Below, in pieces: positions 38,300-52,521 of a stretch of DNA of 64,000 nt. This stretch comes from Parasitella parasitica NRRL 2501 (Eukaryota; Fungi; Mucoromycota): positions 112,678 to 176,677 of the forward strand of contig MU619286.1 in the NCBI GenBank assembly GCA_025201805.1, given 5' to 3'. Position 1 is the first letter of the stretch. Every line of letters starts with the position of its first letter. Under the pieces are notes generated by a model that was given only the letters and a program-made list of their open reading frames with translations, made no database searches and had not been told where the DNA came from. Position numbers and translations under genes: made by a program.

Positions 38300-39060
38300 G
38301 GTAAAAAGTCGACAAATTACAAGTATTCAAAAAGCTCCAAAATGCAAGCAAAAGCTCCAATTGAAATATTCGCCTACTTGGCAGCATCAAGGGCAATATT
38401 ACTTCCCAAACAGTAGATAACCAAGCAGTACATCAAGCAGCCTTTGAACAAACTGAAAACTTTGCAATTGTTGGATTTGCAACAGCAAATTCCAGGATTA
38501 AGAAGCCAGAAAATATACTTGGACTGCCAGCCAGTTTAAAATATTTAGAGAGAAAAGATGCTGAAGATGACAGAAGAACAGCCAATGCTACGAAGTATTA
38601 TTCATCGGATAAACTACAGGAGCAAGATTTGAATCAAAGATGGTCGCAGCAGCAACAAAACCCTCATCAAAATGGCAAATAATCGAGAGGAGGTATAGTG
38701 AGAATATAAGATCAATCAGACTTGCAACCATACCTGAATGGAAGAAAAAAATTATGGAAAAAGCAGGCGTTGACGCTGTGGTCTTCAAGGCATATTCAAT
38801 CAGGTCTGCCGCATTTGAAAATGGGTTTGACATTGACGATATCAAAATACATGCAAATTGGTGTTTGAAGATAAACATTTTTGAGCGTTATGACTCTAAG
38901 CCTACAATGAAGATGCATACAAGCACCAAGATAAAACTCTTTTTGTCAGAAAACTAAACCATATTGGAGGCCGGAACGGAACCAAACGAGATTGCTTAGG
39001 CATGACAGGCAATCCAAGATGTTACCGAAGTGAAGTCTAAAAACGTGGTAATATCTGTCC
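38300..39060 (+). mobile_element. DIRS1-like tyrosine-recombinase retroelement relic
   Basis: WKKKIMEKAGVD..FKAYSIRSA..GFDIDDIKIHANW..FERYDSKP resembles the YR 'AHSxRS...HANW...TFE.YY' region, with the catalytic His and one Tyr altered. Confidence 0.7.
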
Positions 39061-39356
39061 CTGGTATCATCTTTGGTGATTTTCCCCTTCCCAAAAAAAA
39101 CCCCCAAGAGTCTTTCATTGCAGTTAGAAATAAGAAAGGGAAATATATAGTTTTTTATTATTATTATGAGAGCATTTACCACGGAGATTGTCTTAAGCAA
39201 GACATGGCGATCACAATTTTTTCAAACTTGAGTATATTTACGACCTCGTTATTCACTTTGACAAGCTTGGTACACTTACTCGTGAACTTGGCATAACTTG
39301 TTGCACTTGGTAATCAAGGCTATTATCTCCAATTGTATTAGGGTATTAATGATTTA

Positions 39357-40461
39357 TTAGATTTTTTTTGACTTTTTCATTAAATTAGAGTTGGTTGCAG
39401 TAGTTTTTTCAATTGAAGCAAGGTTTTTACGAGGCATGATGGCAAGAGCAGTTTCAATTAGAATGAAGCGAGTGATAAATTTGAAAATAAATGCTGCTCC
39501 GTACATGAAAATTCTGTATAGTGGTCCGAGATCTAACAAGAATTTAACTGGAAAAAGAATTGAGTTGCTCTCTAACTGGATGTCCAAAAAAGAAAAAGAA
39601 AACTTACTTGGAGGAGGGGCCCACATGTAATTCAAATTGTATCCCGAAGTCAGAGATATTAAATGAAGCAGGGGAGTGTGGAAGAAGCTATACAAAAAGA
39701 ATGACAAAAACAAGATTTCCTTGGATTTAGGTAGCACCACATATCGTCTGCTGTAGATCATATAGATTGGAACAACCAATAACAAAATGTGCTCTGATTT
39801 TTGCATTAGTCGCACATGTCAAATAGGAATCAAATAGAACTTACCAGCGAAAAAGTTAAATGTTTCACCAATCATAGTATGCTCTCTTAAGTCAGGAAAT
39901 GCAAGAGCAGCTAAAGCACCCCATTGAAGATGCAGGTAGATGTTGAAGAATACATGTGGGATAGGCGATCTCTTATTAGGATAGACCAAAGTGAACAAGA
40001 GTAACACACCGCTCATATGACATGGCTGCATCATGAACCAAACTCTGTTGCGAATAACCTTGTGAGTCAAAGTCAACAAAAGGGAGAAGATTAGGGAAAG
40101 AGTCATCCCTCTTTCGGTCAATGAGGCCCTGCAAGGCACCTGGAATTCAGTCAAGAGCTTGTAATTTTTGGTTCCCGGCTTGAGCAGACGGCAAAACATG
40201 ATGTATGTAGCAAATCCCCAGAAGCTGGCCAAGAACAACAGTTCTATACCATGCTGACGAGGTTCGTTATACCTATTTAAAGATAAATATTTATTTGTAT
40301 AGTGCCCAAAAGCCTTTTGATTGTTGTATGTATATGTACCATGAACCGAAAGAGGACTGAGCCCAATCTGTATCTGCAGGGACATCAGCAGCAATAGCCT
40401 TCACCCAAGACTCAAGCCTCAAAAGTGAAGGTTCAATGAATTCCAAAAAATGAGCCTTCAT
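39357..40461 (-). CDS. TMEM164: TMEM164-family membrane acyltransferase-like protein
   Basis: RQHGIE, FMMQPCHM, WGALAALAFPD, EHILLLVVPIY, GYNLNYMWAPP; 4 exons. Confidence 0.85.
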
Positions 40462-40661
40462 AATAGCCACTGATATATGATAAAAAAAAAAAAAAAAAAA
40501 AAAAAGAATAAAAACAAATGATTCTATAATTTATACCTAATAGGGGGGCTGGATTTGGCCTACAAATTGAGACCCCCAAATCTTGATTGATATGAAATTT
40601 AGAGTTTCTTTTCGCTCTTTTTTCTTTCTTTTCTACTCGATTCTGATAAAAATATTTTATA

Positions 40662-42160
40662 ATGTCCAGTTACAGACGAACATACTCCTCTTCTTCTTCG
40701 TCAAGAGACTCATTTTCCAGGCGAAGGTCTCGTAGTCCCACCCGCCCCAGACAAGATTACAACGAGCAAGAAGTACACGTGAAAGAAATATAGCTTGTAT
40801 CAAAATCTAATCTTATTCCATTGTTAGAATAGAGCAAGACATACTAGACGAGATGACCATGATAGCCGTGGCAGACATTACGGTAGCCATGACAACAGCA
40901 ATAATAATAGAAGGAATTACCATCACAACAATGACTATCGCCAAGAGTCAAAGCTGGAGCCCAACATTAACGTTGTCTTGAGAAATTTGCCAGACAAAGC
41001 AAGAGAAGTCGATGTATATCTTGTTACAGTGAATATCGCAGCAAAGTCTAATCAATACTTGAACCAAGTAGATTGAGCAGAAATTAAACTCGATGGAAGC
41101 AAGTATTGATGATGTGTCTTTGATAAAAGACCGTGATTCAGGCGAATCTAGAAAGTTTGCTTTCATTCGTTTCAACAGCGTAGGTCATGCCATCCAATTT
41201 GTCGAAAAGCACCGCACCTTTGATATGGACTCCTATATTGTGCGCGTAGATTATTGCAAAAAAACCAATGTGGCGGACGACAAGGAGGAATGGCGTTGTA
41301 CCAAGGTAAGTTTCGGTGGTTTTAGAAAGTCAAGTGTGTTAATGTGGTCTAGTGCGGAAATTTTAATCCTTCAAGCCGACGAAACTGCCTTGAGTGCAAG
41401 CAGTCTTTTTCATGTAAGTTATCAGCGTGAAGTTCATCTATGGAGGAGGGAAGGTGTTGAATCAGCTTTCTCCATTAGCCTCTGCCGCTGAAAAGAGATC
41501 ATACGAAACAGAAACAATTGAGATCAACGATGGCACAAAAGATTCATCAACTGTACCCAGCAAAATGCTGCTTTTACGTCAACTGGATCACTTGTCAACC
41601 GAAGAATCTATTTATAATGCTGTGCATTCTCTTCACGGTGTATGCAGATCAATTTTGATTAGGGATAAATTGACAAGGATGTCGTGCGAATTCGCCTTTG
41701 TGGAATTTTCGGATATTGAGGTATGGACAGTCTAAAATACGATGGTAACTGTGATGTCTAACGACAAGGAGCACGCCAGTCTGCCAGATTAGCATTGGAT
41801 TACTGCAGGGAACTTTTAACCATTGACGGCCGTAGAGCAACTGTGTCATTTGCCAACCCAGATAGCTTTATCCCAGTTTATGGCCAATCTGAATGGTTCA
41901 TTCCAGCAGATGCGATGGATGGTCTTTGGGCTTACTGGGATAAATCAGCTTATGCTTCCGAGTATTCATATGCTATTGTGCAAGAGAAACAGCGTAGAGA
42001 AGAAGAACTGAAAAGAAGCAAGGAGGAGGAGTCAAGGAAGGCTCAGCAAGTGAAGGAAAGTTTGGAGGATGATTTAAGTGCGTTTTACGCGGATATGGGT
42101 GATCTTGTTGCTGATGAAGATGCCAATTCTGGTATTTTTGCAGTTCCCAAGTTAAAATAA
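40662..42160 (+). CDS. RBM5/RBM10-like protein (RS region, RRM, RanBP2 ZnF, RRM), short form
   Basis: RRRSRSP; RRM1 ESRKFAFIRF; WRCTKCGNFNPSSRRNCLEC; RRM2 MSCEFAFVEF; WAYWDKSAYASEY; stop at 42160. Confidence 0.82.
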
Positions 42161-42658
42161 ATGTATTTTCAATCCCTAAAGCTATACGTACTATGATTTA
42201 CATTCCCGTTGACCAAGGAACTTGAGTATCTGCAATGCTTCTAATTCTCAACCAAATAGACAACAGTAAAACAGGTGGTCGGTCATATGGCAAAATGTCA
42301 GTATTTGTAACTAATTTCGCAAGATGCTTGGCATGTAAAACAATCGTCTAGATATCCTTTTTCCTTGAAGCAAGTGTTTAGACCAAATGTCATTAGATAT
42401 TCTTTCACACCATTACCATTCACTAACAATTGAGAACATACAAGTTTAATTGAAGAAAGATAAAGCAAATTTATTGTTTATTTTATTTCTTTTTTTACAA
42501 TGATATAATAAATTTGTTATGGCATGATTTAAAAAAAAAAAAAAGAAAAAAGAATTCTGTACAAATAGGAAGGGTAATGGGGCGAAAATGAGAGTGTAGA
42601 TCTCTCATATTCGAGGTTGCTTGCAAGCATTGAAAGTGGATATTACACAGATGAGATT

Positions 42659-43012
42659 TTATTTGGAGCTAGTGTACTTGGTAACAGCCTTGGTGCCTTC
42701 AGAGACGGCGTGCTTGGCAAGTTCACCAGGAAGAATAAGACGAACAGCGGTTTGGATTTCACGAGATGAGATGGTGGAACGCTTGTTGTAAGCGGCCAAC
42801 TTGGAGGCTTCAGAAGCAATACGCTCAAAGATATCGTTGACAAAAGAGTTCAAGATGGACATGGCCTTGTTGGAGATACCAGTATCGGGATGAACTTGCT
42901 TCAAGACCTTGTAGATGTAGGAAGAATAGGTTTCACGACGAGTGATCTTTCTCTTCTTGCTGTCCTTGGAAGCAGACTTCTTATTATCTTTGGTAGGGAG
43001 ATCGGCAGCCAT
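42659..43012 (-). CDS. H2B: Histone H2B (copy 1)
   Basis: [21 protein letters not shown]...AVTKYTSSK; intronless. Confidence 0.99.
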   Translation of the reverse strand: MAADLPTKDNKKSASKDSKKRKITRRETYSSYIYKVLKQVHPDTGISNKAMSILNSFVNDIFERIASEASKLAAYNKRSTISSREIQTAVRLILPGELAKHAVSEGTKAVTKYTSSK

Positions 43013-43183
43013 TTTCGTTGTAGGTGTAAACTTGTTTAATGAAAAGAAAAAGCAGAAATCCCAGAGATTTGCCAAATATATAGAACTTCGTGTCGGTGAC
43101 TCGATTTCTATATACAGAAACTTTGAAGAAAAAAATTCTTTACAACCACAAAATCAGAAATAGAATGAAATCCAAGGAAGACG

Positions 43184-43210
43184 TCGTGAAATCGCGAAAC
43201 AAACGCGAAA
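43184..43210. promoter_or_regulatory. SCB/E2F-like CGCGAAA motifs in the divergent H2A-H2B promoter
   Basis: TCGTGAAATCGCGAAACAAACGCGAAA; mirrored at ~52779-52805. Confidence 0.55.
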
Positions 43211-43467
43211 TATGCTCGAATTATATACAACAGATTTCATTTTGAATAGAAAAAAAATTGCTAATTTTTGTTGGTATTTTTTTTTTTTTTTTTTTTTTTT
43301 TTTCGTTCGGCAACATTTGATGCCAATAACTCTTGAAGAAAAAACTTTAAAAAAAAAAAAATTGCTTCCGACTTTTTACATTAACCTTGAACATATATAA
43401 ACTCGAATTTAAAATAGCACTTCTTTCTTCCTTCAACAACTTTTTTCAAAGAAATAAATATTATATA

Positions 43468-43863
43468 ATGTCTGGTGGTAAATCTGGTGGAAAGTCTGCT
43501 TCTGGCTCCAAGTCTCAAACTCGCTCAGCTAAGGCTGGTTTGCAGTTCCCTGTTGGTCGTATCCATCGTCTCTTGCGTCGTGGAAACTATGCTCAACGTG
43601 TCGGTGCTGGTGCTCCCGTTTATCTTGCTGCCGTTCTTGAATATCTCGCTGCTGAAATCCTCGAATTGGCTGGAAATGCTGCTCGTGATAACAAGAAATC
43701 TCGTATCATCCCTCGTCATTTGCAATTGGCCATCCGTAACGATGAAGAATTAAACAAGCTCCTCGGCCATGTCACTATCGCCCAAGGTGGTGTTCTTCCC
43801 AACATCCACGCTTCATTGTTGCCTACCAAGTCCAAGAAGGCTGGTGCTTCCCAAGAACTTTAA
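43468..43863 (+). CDS. H2A: Histone H2A (copy 1), C-terminal SQEL
   Basis: [12 protein letters not shown]...[13 protein letters not shown]. Confidence 0.99.
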   Translation: MSGGKSGGKSASGSKSQTRSAKAGLQFPVGRIHRLLRRGNYAQRVGAGAPVYLAAVLEYLAAEILELAGNAARDNKKSRIIPRHLQLAIRNDEELNKLLGHVTIAQGGVLPNIHASLLPTKSKKAGASQEL

Positions 43864-44169
43864 AAAATGAGAAAATATAGCAAGACTTTATATCTGCCAA
43901 TATATTTCTAGCATTTTTTTTTTTTTTTCCTTCTTATTTGATATCCCAAACTCAACGCCTAATCGAAAAATCATTTATTACCTCCTTCATATGTAGAATT
44001 GATCTCGTCTCCTTTTTTCTTTTGGCTTCTTGTAAATAAATAATAAAAAACAGGATAATAGCACAATACAGGATTAATAATTGAGAAAAATAACAAGTTT
44101 TCCATTTTTGATTTATTGAATCTGATCATAAATAGTATAGAGAAAGTACATCCAAAAATATATTAATTT

Positions 44170-44670
44170 TGCTGTTGATTCGGCCAATAATGCAATTATC
44201 CCAATGTATCTTCATTGCGGCAGAGGAGGACATTCACGTACAACTTAAAGAAAATGTTCCAGAGATCCAGCAAATTTGGATACTGCTCCAACAGTCAACA
44301 TTACATGAAATTGCACGTTGCCAGAAGTTACCAAGGCAGCGTTTGGGAGTCATAGAGACATTGTGCTCATTTTGTGGAGAGTACATGTGGGTTACAGAAC
44401 GGAAAAGCAGATCCAGTACGTTGGTGTCTATTTACAAACATATTGTGGAGTGGAGCAAGCGAGCATAATTACAACTGCATCCAACAACCATCATCGACTT
44501 ACTTGCAAGAAACGATGCGATTGGCAAAGAGACGATGCAATTGGAAAGAAGTTTAAGCGAAACATCACGATGCATAACTCTGCTGTAAGCTTCACCCCCA
44601 ATGAATGCTGACGAACAACATGGAGACTATGCTTTTCGTATTTACGGAGGCGTCCATTATTTAATAAATT
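44170..44670 (+). mobile_element. Helitron RepHel N-terminal relic
   Basis: HCGRGGHSRTT*RKC knuckle; LGVIETLCSFCGEYMWVTERK; GKKFKRNITMHNSAVSFT; GDYAFRIYGGVHYL, in the usual Helitron order across frameshifts. Confidence 0.7.
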
Positions 44671-47600
44671 CTATTCTAATTCCGGATGATAAATCAGTGT
44701 AATCCAATGCTACCAAACATGTTAATTATATATCTTTTAAAATTAAACTTAACTTTTGTTGGCAAAATTATCCTCAATCTCAATCTTAACCTCTATTGTA
44801 CTTTTTATTTTACATGTTTAACATTAGAATCACGAAAAAGGGAACTCTTGGATGACATTAAGCATTATCATAAGCAACATGGTAAATAGGGCTTCTCTGT
44901 CACTAGCAATTAGCAACTTGCGAATTATTCACAAATAGCAAGGGATTACCACAGCGAAAACATTGGATTCAATAATTATCTTCTTCTGCTTCCAACTCGA
45001 TGAGGCACACCTGTTTTATTATTTTACTATGAAGAAAGGTATACTTGTGGCATTAAAAATACTTACTTTATAGAGCTGTGTCATGTACTAGAATCGATAT
45101 TGACGTGATATCATTTCTAGATAGATATTTTTACAGCTTAAAAGCAAGAAATTTAGCTTTGTGCGCCATTTTTTGATTAATTTTAATAATCAAACGTGCC
45201 CTGAAAACGTCAGAAATAGTATCCATTGGGAAAGAACTATATTATATATGATTTTGGTGCAATCTGAGCATGATTTTTTTTTCGATGCAAAATGACGGAT
45301 TTTTTCGATTTTTTCCTTGTATCCACACATGCAAAATCATCGATTACGCATTATCCTCGATTTTGACCCCAAAAATACAACTTTTTACTATAGCATATAT
45401 TAGAGGGAAATGATCGTAAAAGACCATTCCTTGATCTGAAAGACTGGAAATGCTCTTTGGTTAAACAAAATTTTGACTTTTCCCTCTTGATCTGTTTTGA
45501 GGTTTTCTCGAAATAACTCCTTCCATAAGCATACGAGAATTATAAAATAGTACCATCGTGTAAAGCGTCTAAAAATACAGCTATTATCATAGATTGACAG
45601 CCGAGGTATGCATAGTATCGGGGGATGATATGTTGCCTTAAAGAAGTAATTTTGTTTTCTAATTGTACAAATGGAGTTTCTGAAAGAATTTCTCCTTCCT
45701 GATTTTGGACGCGTCCAATCTCCGCCATCAAAGAAAAATGGTATATTTTCCAAGAAAGCATGAGCTTTGAGAAGCCATAGCTTACCCAATTCAAGAGAAA
45801 AACAATTGCAACCTAGTTTGCTAAATGGTGTGCTTCTTGGCTTTCTAATGGTAGTACTTACATGTCTGTACCTGGCTTGACGATCTCACGCTCCGATTTT
45901 GAAAAATACTTTGCCGATAAAAGTCAGAAAAGTCGCTACTGTCATTTTATGTCAACTTAAAACGTACAAAATTTTGCTCTAAGCTATGCAAATATGTTAT
46001 CAAAAGGTGTCTTATAGTCTAATGCATTACTTTGTATTACTTTTTTTGTGTCTGAAATCTCTAAACATTGTTTTCTTGCAGTTTTTGTCTTTTTTCTGAC
46101 AAAAGCACACTAAAGTTCACGTAGGCCAAAAAAAAAAAAAAAAAAGCCTAAAATTTACGCTTCACAAAGACCCAAACTTTTGAACCATTCCAATATTATG
46201 GAAAAGATGGCACAGGTTTGGCTAGCTGTTCTACTGTGCAACTCGATATAGAAAACCTAGCTTGGTACTTTTCTGACAAGACTTTCTATACCAAAAGACG
46301 CCAGATCAACAGAAGTATAAGAAAATGCCAGAGAAAAGGAAACAATATGCCACCAGGATACCACATCCATTCATAAAATTTCATCTGTACAGAAATTTAT
46401 GAAATCCCAAGGACATAAATAAAGCTTATCTTCAACCTTGTTCTTTGTTCCTGAATCCAATTAAAGGTTTTGATCCAAAGTCAACGGATACACTTACACC
46501 CAGAATCACAGATATTTGTAATTAGACAACTGTAATTTTTTTAAAGACTAGCTTGAATTCAAAGATATGATATAAATAGCTTATTTCACAACGTATTTTC
46601 TTGTATCTTCACTATAAATAAAACAAAGCAATTACTCTCTTCTCTTAAAAACTTCAGAAACGATATAAGGACCGTATACTTTGTGCGCATGCATTTAAGG
46701 TAAAAGTAATGCATCCTTATCACTAGCCCCCACTCCATGGATTATTAAACAGTGCTAGAAAAATTATCCATAAAAGTTGCAGCCTCAACGGCTACATCCT
46801 TTTTATCCTGCACCCTGATAATAGTAGCACTGCTAAAGACTGAATTATTTGGATTTATTCAACTCTACCTTGAATACCATTCCACCAAATCAATAGCAAC
46901 TCCAAATCACAGCGTTAGAAGTGTTTCTAAAAGCATCATGTCACTGACAACCACTAACAGAAAGGTACAATCCAGCACACCGAGAAGGAAAATCATGCTG
47001 CTCACAGTAGACTCAAATTGCCTCTGGCCATTCAATATAATGGCATTCGTTATAGAACTTTTGCTGAGGACGATATGAATGGAACTGGTCCTCCCACCTA
47101 GTGGCAAAAGGCTATCTTTTGTATCCTCGCATTTTAAAAACGATAACTCTGTAGATTAATTATTCTAAATATGCTACAAACGCAGATATTGGCCACGATC
47201 AGCTTACATTTATTTATATGCAACCGGTTGATAGTAGACCAAGCTTGACATTGTCTGCGCCATACAATGGGAAATCGTTAATTCGGAGAGACAGATTCAT
47301 CCCACTTGCAAAAAGACGCAGCGCTTCATGGATATTATAGTTGCCAGACTGTAATCAAGACGAGAGCGCAATTATCAAGGCTATTATCGTAATAATGTGC
47401 AAGCCATTGATCAGACAAACAATTTTAAAGATGACAAGCTGCACTACATCACTACGTTTGCCTAAAATATTGACTTCGCTTCTCTACAGTAACTTTAGTT
47501 TCAAGCAGCTCGTGCTGCCGCAGCCCTGCTTTGCCTTTGAGTAATAAAAAGTTCATAACGCACTTGAAATTTACAAATAGGCACATGTATGTTTAAAGAA

Positions 47601-47869
47601 CTTGTATGAGGGCTTTTCTTGGTATTTCCACGTAAGATAAGCTTTACTAAAATGGGTAGTACATACTGTATTGTTGAATTATTTAGTCCGTTGTCAGCAG
47701 TGTAGTTGATGATTTATTTTTGACTGAAGATTCAAGCAGAAGGTTATATTACACCTAGTGTGTAGTCAGATTGTGGTAGAGGATTTCATACAAAAAAAAA
47801 AGATTGTGGTAGAGGAAGATGCTTCTAAATATCATCACTATCATCTTCGTGTCAAATCATAAATGGATG

Positions 47870-48175
47870 AATTACTGCCTGGATCAAAACAGTATTCATA
47901 GAAGTAAACAAGCAGAATTATGCACTTTTATCTTCTGTTTTGAATCTTTTGCTCTAAGCGTCGTTATTTTTAATCAAGTCCACAATTCTTTCAGAAAATG
48001 GGTTTAATGGTTCAATTATACCCTTGTCCTGCTGCATAGCACATACAAAATCTGGGAGTTAACATACTAGAGCTAACCTCCATTCCACAGCGTTTTGGTT
48101 ATGTCTATCATGCCACGCAATTTGCGCTTGTTCTTCTAGTATGACCGCATCTTCCACATGAACGGCATTGTTAAG
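47870..48175 (-). mobile_element. Second Helitron RepHel N-terminal relic
   Basis: QCRSCGRCGHTRRTSANC; SSMLTPRFCMCYAAG; IVDLIKNNDA*SKRFK; KVHNSA; FTSMN across frameshifts. Confidence 0.6.
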
Positions 48176-48212
48176 TCCATGGAATACACTAGGTTCCCGT
48201 TATTTCACATCC

Positions 48213-48241
48213 GTCGTAAGGGCAACCGTTACCATAGCAAC
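48213..48241. promoter_or_regulatory. Tandem RFX X-box-like sites
   Basis: GTCGTAAGGGCAAC followed by GTTACCATAGCAAC; TATAAAT ~90 nt downstream. Confidence 0.45.
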
Positions 48242-48900
48242 CGCTCCTGGGTCGGACCTAATGCTATACCGTTGTTGGACAACTAAATGTCAAATATGAT
48301 CTGATTGTATTCATGTAGATTTAGTCAATATAAATACACAACTTCCTTTCACTCAACAAAATCTTTTAGCTCTATTATCTTCCTTTTTCTATCAAATACA
48401 ATTATCTGCTGAGCCCTTTACAAAATTTAGCACAACAGGCTTGGAATATCTACTACAGTGCTGGAATTGACTTGGTGACCATAAACTAAGCAATTTCTTT
48501 ATTTAAGCTCTTAATGCCCTGCCAACATTTAACAAAATAATGTGAGCCTTCCAAATATTAGCCAGCGTAGTGATGACAATTAACAAGAGCACAGATTTTC
48601 GCAACCAAAGGTCTGTCAACTAGATCTTTCATAGCTCATAAAATTACGGATTCCTTACACGTCAAAGCACAATATACAATGTATAGCATTTTATGTTTTA
48701 TCACATTTTTTATTTAAAAAAATAATAGAAAAAAACTGTACAGGGAGAAAAAAAAAATCGTCTTGGATTTTTCTTTTAGTTCGTTCGTTGCAAATATTAA
48801 AAAAAAAAGCTCGAGTCGATTGGAGGTGATATGATATTGAAGAAATGGCGTTTGAAGAGAAATGGGTATTCTTAAATGATTAAAACAAGATGTCGACAAT

Positions 48901-49419
<519 letters not shown>

Positions 49420-49828
49420 TCAAAAAATCCAAATATGGACATGAAAAGCTATACTTTTTTTTTTTTGTTGTGTAAAAAAAAAAATATACATTTATTCTCT
49501 CCCTCAAAACCGTGNNNNNNNNNNNNNNNNNNNNNNNNNNNNNNNNNNNNNNNNNNNNNNNNNNNNNNNNNNNNNNNNNNNNNNNNNNNNNNNNNNNNNN
49601 NNNNNNNNNNNNNNNNNNNNNNNNNNNNNNNNNNNNNNNNNNNNNNNNNNNNNNNNNNNNNNNNNNNNNNNNNNNNNNNNNNNNNNNNNNNNNNNNNNNN
49701 NNNNNNNNNNNNNNNNNNNNNNNNAAAAAAAAAAAAAAAGTAGACGCGCGATGGTATTCGGTTATTTAATTGATTATTGCGAACAATTTTTTTTGCACTT
49801 CCAAAAAAAAATACATTTGATGATATAA

Positions 49829-50257
<429 letters not shown>

Positions 50258-52125
50258 ATGTACTTCACTTGAAAAATATAATATCCCTCTTTTTATTCAA
50301 AAAGAATTCCAATCTTTATTTACGCATTCTATTCGTCTCCCTATTTTATCAATTACGATCCCCAAGCCTTTTTTCCTATTTCGTTCAACTCGGTGACAAT
50401 CAACTCTCTTATTGCAAGTTCAGCATTCTGTATATAGCTTTACTTTAGCTTTTTGGTCTTTGCCATCAAAAACTTTAAAATAAATAAAATATTTTAAAAA
50501 AATCAAATAAGCTGTTTTACCATTTTGATAATCTTGTCGATATGACACTGCTGATCCAATGATGCCAACAAAGTTTATTGACATCTATACAATAGAAGGT
50601 TTTCTTTGCAATTTGGAACTGTTCTCTGAGATAACTGACTAGGTGGAAATGACCATAAGTGTATTCAGAACAACTTTCGTTACAAACTTGATGATAATAT
50701 TAGCGTATTTTCAAGTTTTCTGAATATTGCATCTGTCCCATTTATTACAGAAAGCCAGTTACAAGTATTTTCAAGTAGTAGATTTGGCACACGAAAAAAA
50801 AAAAAAAAAAAAAAAAAAAAGAAGTTTTGAATGTGTCGCCTTACTTTTGAAAAAAATTGGTCAACACTCTCCATTCATCACATGTGCAAAGAAATTGTCT
50901 AATATGCAATTCAAACCTGCTGCATTAAATTTTTGACTGTGCAGAAAGATTTAATAAAAGGTTATCTATCCGCAGGCTTGCTTATGAAGTACATAGCCCG
51001 GATGCTACTCAAGTGTCCTTCTCAATATCCATAATTTCAAGGTACATTGTAGACAGCCAATAATTGAAGGCAATATTGCTAAAATATCCTTTTACTATTT
51101 ATCAGAATTAGGTCAATCAGAACGAAATTAATGCTATAATTTACGAATCTATTTCATTAAATTTAATATCTGGAGCTAATTCCAAAGCTTTGCATTCTTT
51201 TGAATTGTTTTTCAGAGACATCTGGTATCCTGCTATCAGCTCACAACTGATAGATTGTAATACGAAGCAATTCGATCACCGGTATTTTTTGATTTGATAA
51301 ACAGAGGCCAGATTTGGATTTGTATGTCATTTTTTTTATATGTATTTCAAGCAAGATTCAGATCGAAATTTAGATTAATGTACGCCCAAAAGAAAGAAAT
51401 TGCGACTTCAAAATCTAAAATTTCGTATATAATTACCTACAATGGTAATAATGCACCAATTCTTTTTTACTTTTTGGCAAAAACATCTAATACCAACTAC
51501 GACCCCTGGGAACCATTTGGTGTGGCTCTGTGTGCACTTGCATTGGTCAAGGCTGTGTGCATGACTGAGAAGCGTGATGTTTACTCAGTATTGCATTTTG
51601 TAATCCCTCTAAAGACAAAAGCATTTAGTAGTATAAAGCAAACATTTCCTTGCAAAACAAAATGATATTGAGATATTTGAGGCAGTAACCAGTTATTGAA
51701 ATTGCCATGTACAAAAGTATCATGGTGCTCTATTTGAACAGATCGGAAGAAGGAACATTTTACACATTTCCAGGGAAACTTTAGTGCGGCGAGTTCAACA
51801 TTGCATTTTAATAGGAACAAGAGGTCGCAGAGTTTTCAAGAGAAAAAAAAAAAAAGTATACCCAATATCTTATTCCCTAACGAAGGGTTGATATTTAAAA
51901 AAGACGAATCCATATAGTTGTTGTAATATTTGTACATAATTTCTTTTTATAGAGTTAACATTTGGAATTTTTGAATAAAGCAAGTGGAATAGATTCGGGA
52001 GGGGGATAATTTAATGGATTATAAAAAAAGTTTCCAAAGCTAAACATTGAATAAAAAGATAATTTTTTTGGAGTATAAAAGTTATGAAATGATGGATTTT
52101 GTTTGAGTGCGAAGTGTATACATAT

Positions 52126-52521
52126 TTAAAGTTCTTGAGAGACACCAGCCTTCTTGGTTTTGGTAGGCAACAATGAAGCGTGGATGTTGGGAAGAACACC
52201 ACCTTGGGCGATAGTGACATGGCCGAGGAGCTTGTTTAATTCTTCATCGTTACGGATGGCCAATTGCAAATGACGAGGGATGATACGAGATTTCTTGTTA
52301 TCACGAGCAGCATTTCCAGCCAATTCGAGGATTTCAGCAGCGAGATATTCAAGAACGGCAGCAAGATAAACGGGAGCACCAGCACCGACACGTTGAGCAT
52401 AGTTTCCACGACGCAAGAGACGATGGATACGACCAACAGGGAACTGCAAACCAGCCTTAGCTGAGCGAGTTTGAGACTTGGAGCCAGAAGCAGACTTTCC
52501 ACCAGATTTACCACCAGACAT
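52126..52521 (-). CDS. H2A: Histone H2A (copy 2), C-terminal SQEL
   Basis: Same as copy 1 except the tail [13 protein letters not shown]. Confidence 0.99.
   Translation of the reverse strand: MSGGKSGGKSASGSKSQTRSAKAGLQFPVGRIHRLLRRGNYAQRVGAGAPVYLAAVLEYLAAEILELAGNAARDNKKSRIIPRHLQLAIRNDEELNKLLGHVTIAQGGVLPNIHASLLPTKTKKAGVSQEL

Larger units (their letters stand above)
42657..43865. repeat. Inverted repeat arm 1 (H2B-promoter-H2A cassette, ~1.2 kb)
   Basis: Near-perfect reverse complement of 52124-53332; homology ends 1-2 nt beyond each stop codon. Confidence 0.97.

Noticed and set aside
45050-47550. Short ORFs and TE-end-like sequence inside the histone locus
   Set aside because: No family motif recognised on either strand.
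50258-50480. Metazoan-type histone 3' stem-loop
   Set aside because: No conserved 6-bp stem/4-nt loop consensus seen after any histone stop; AATAAA-like signals are present instead.
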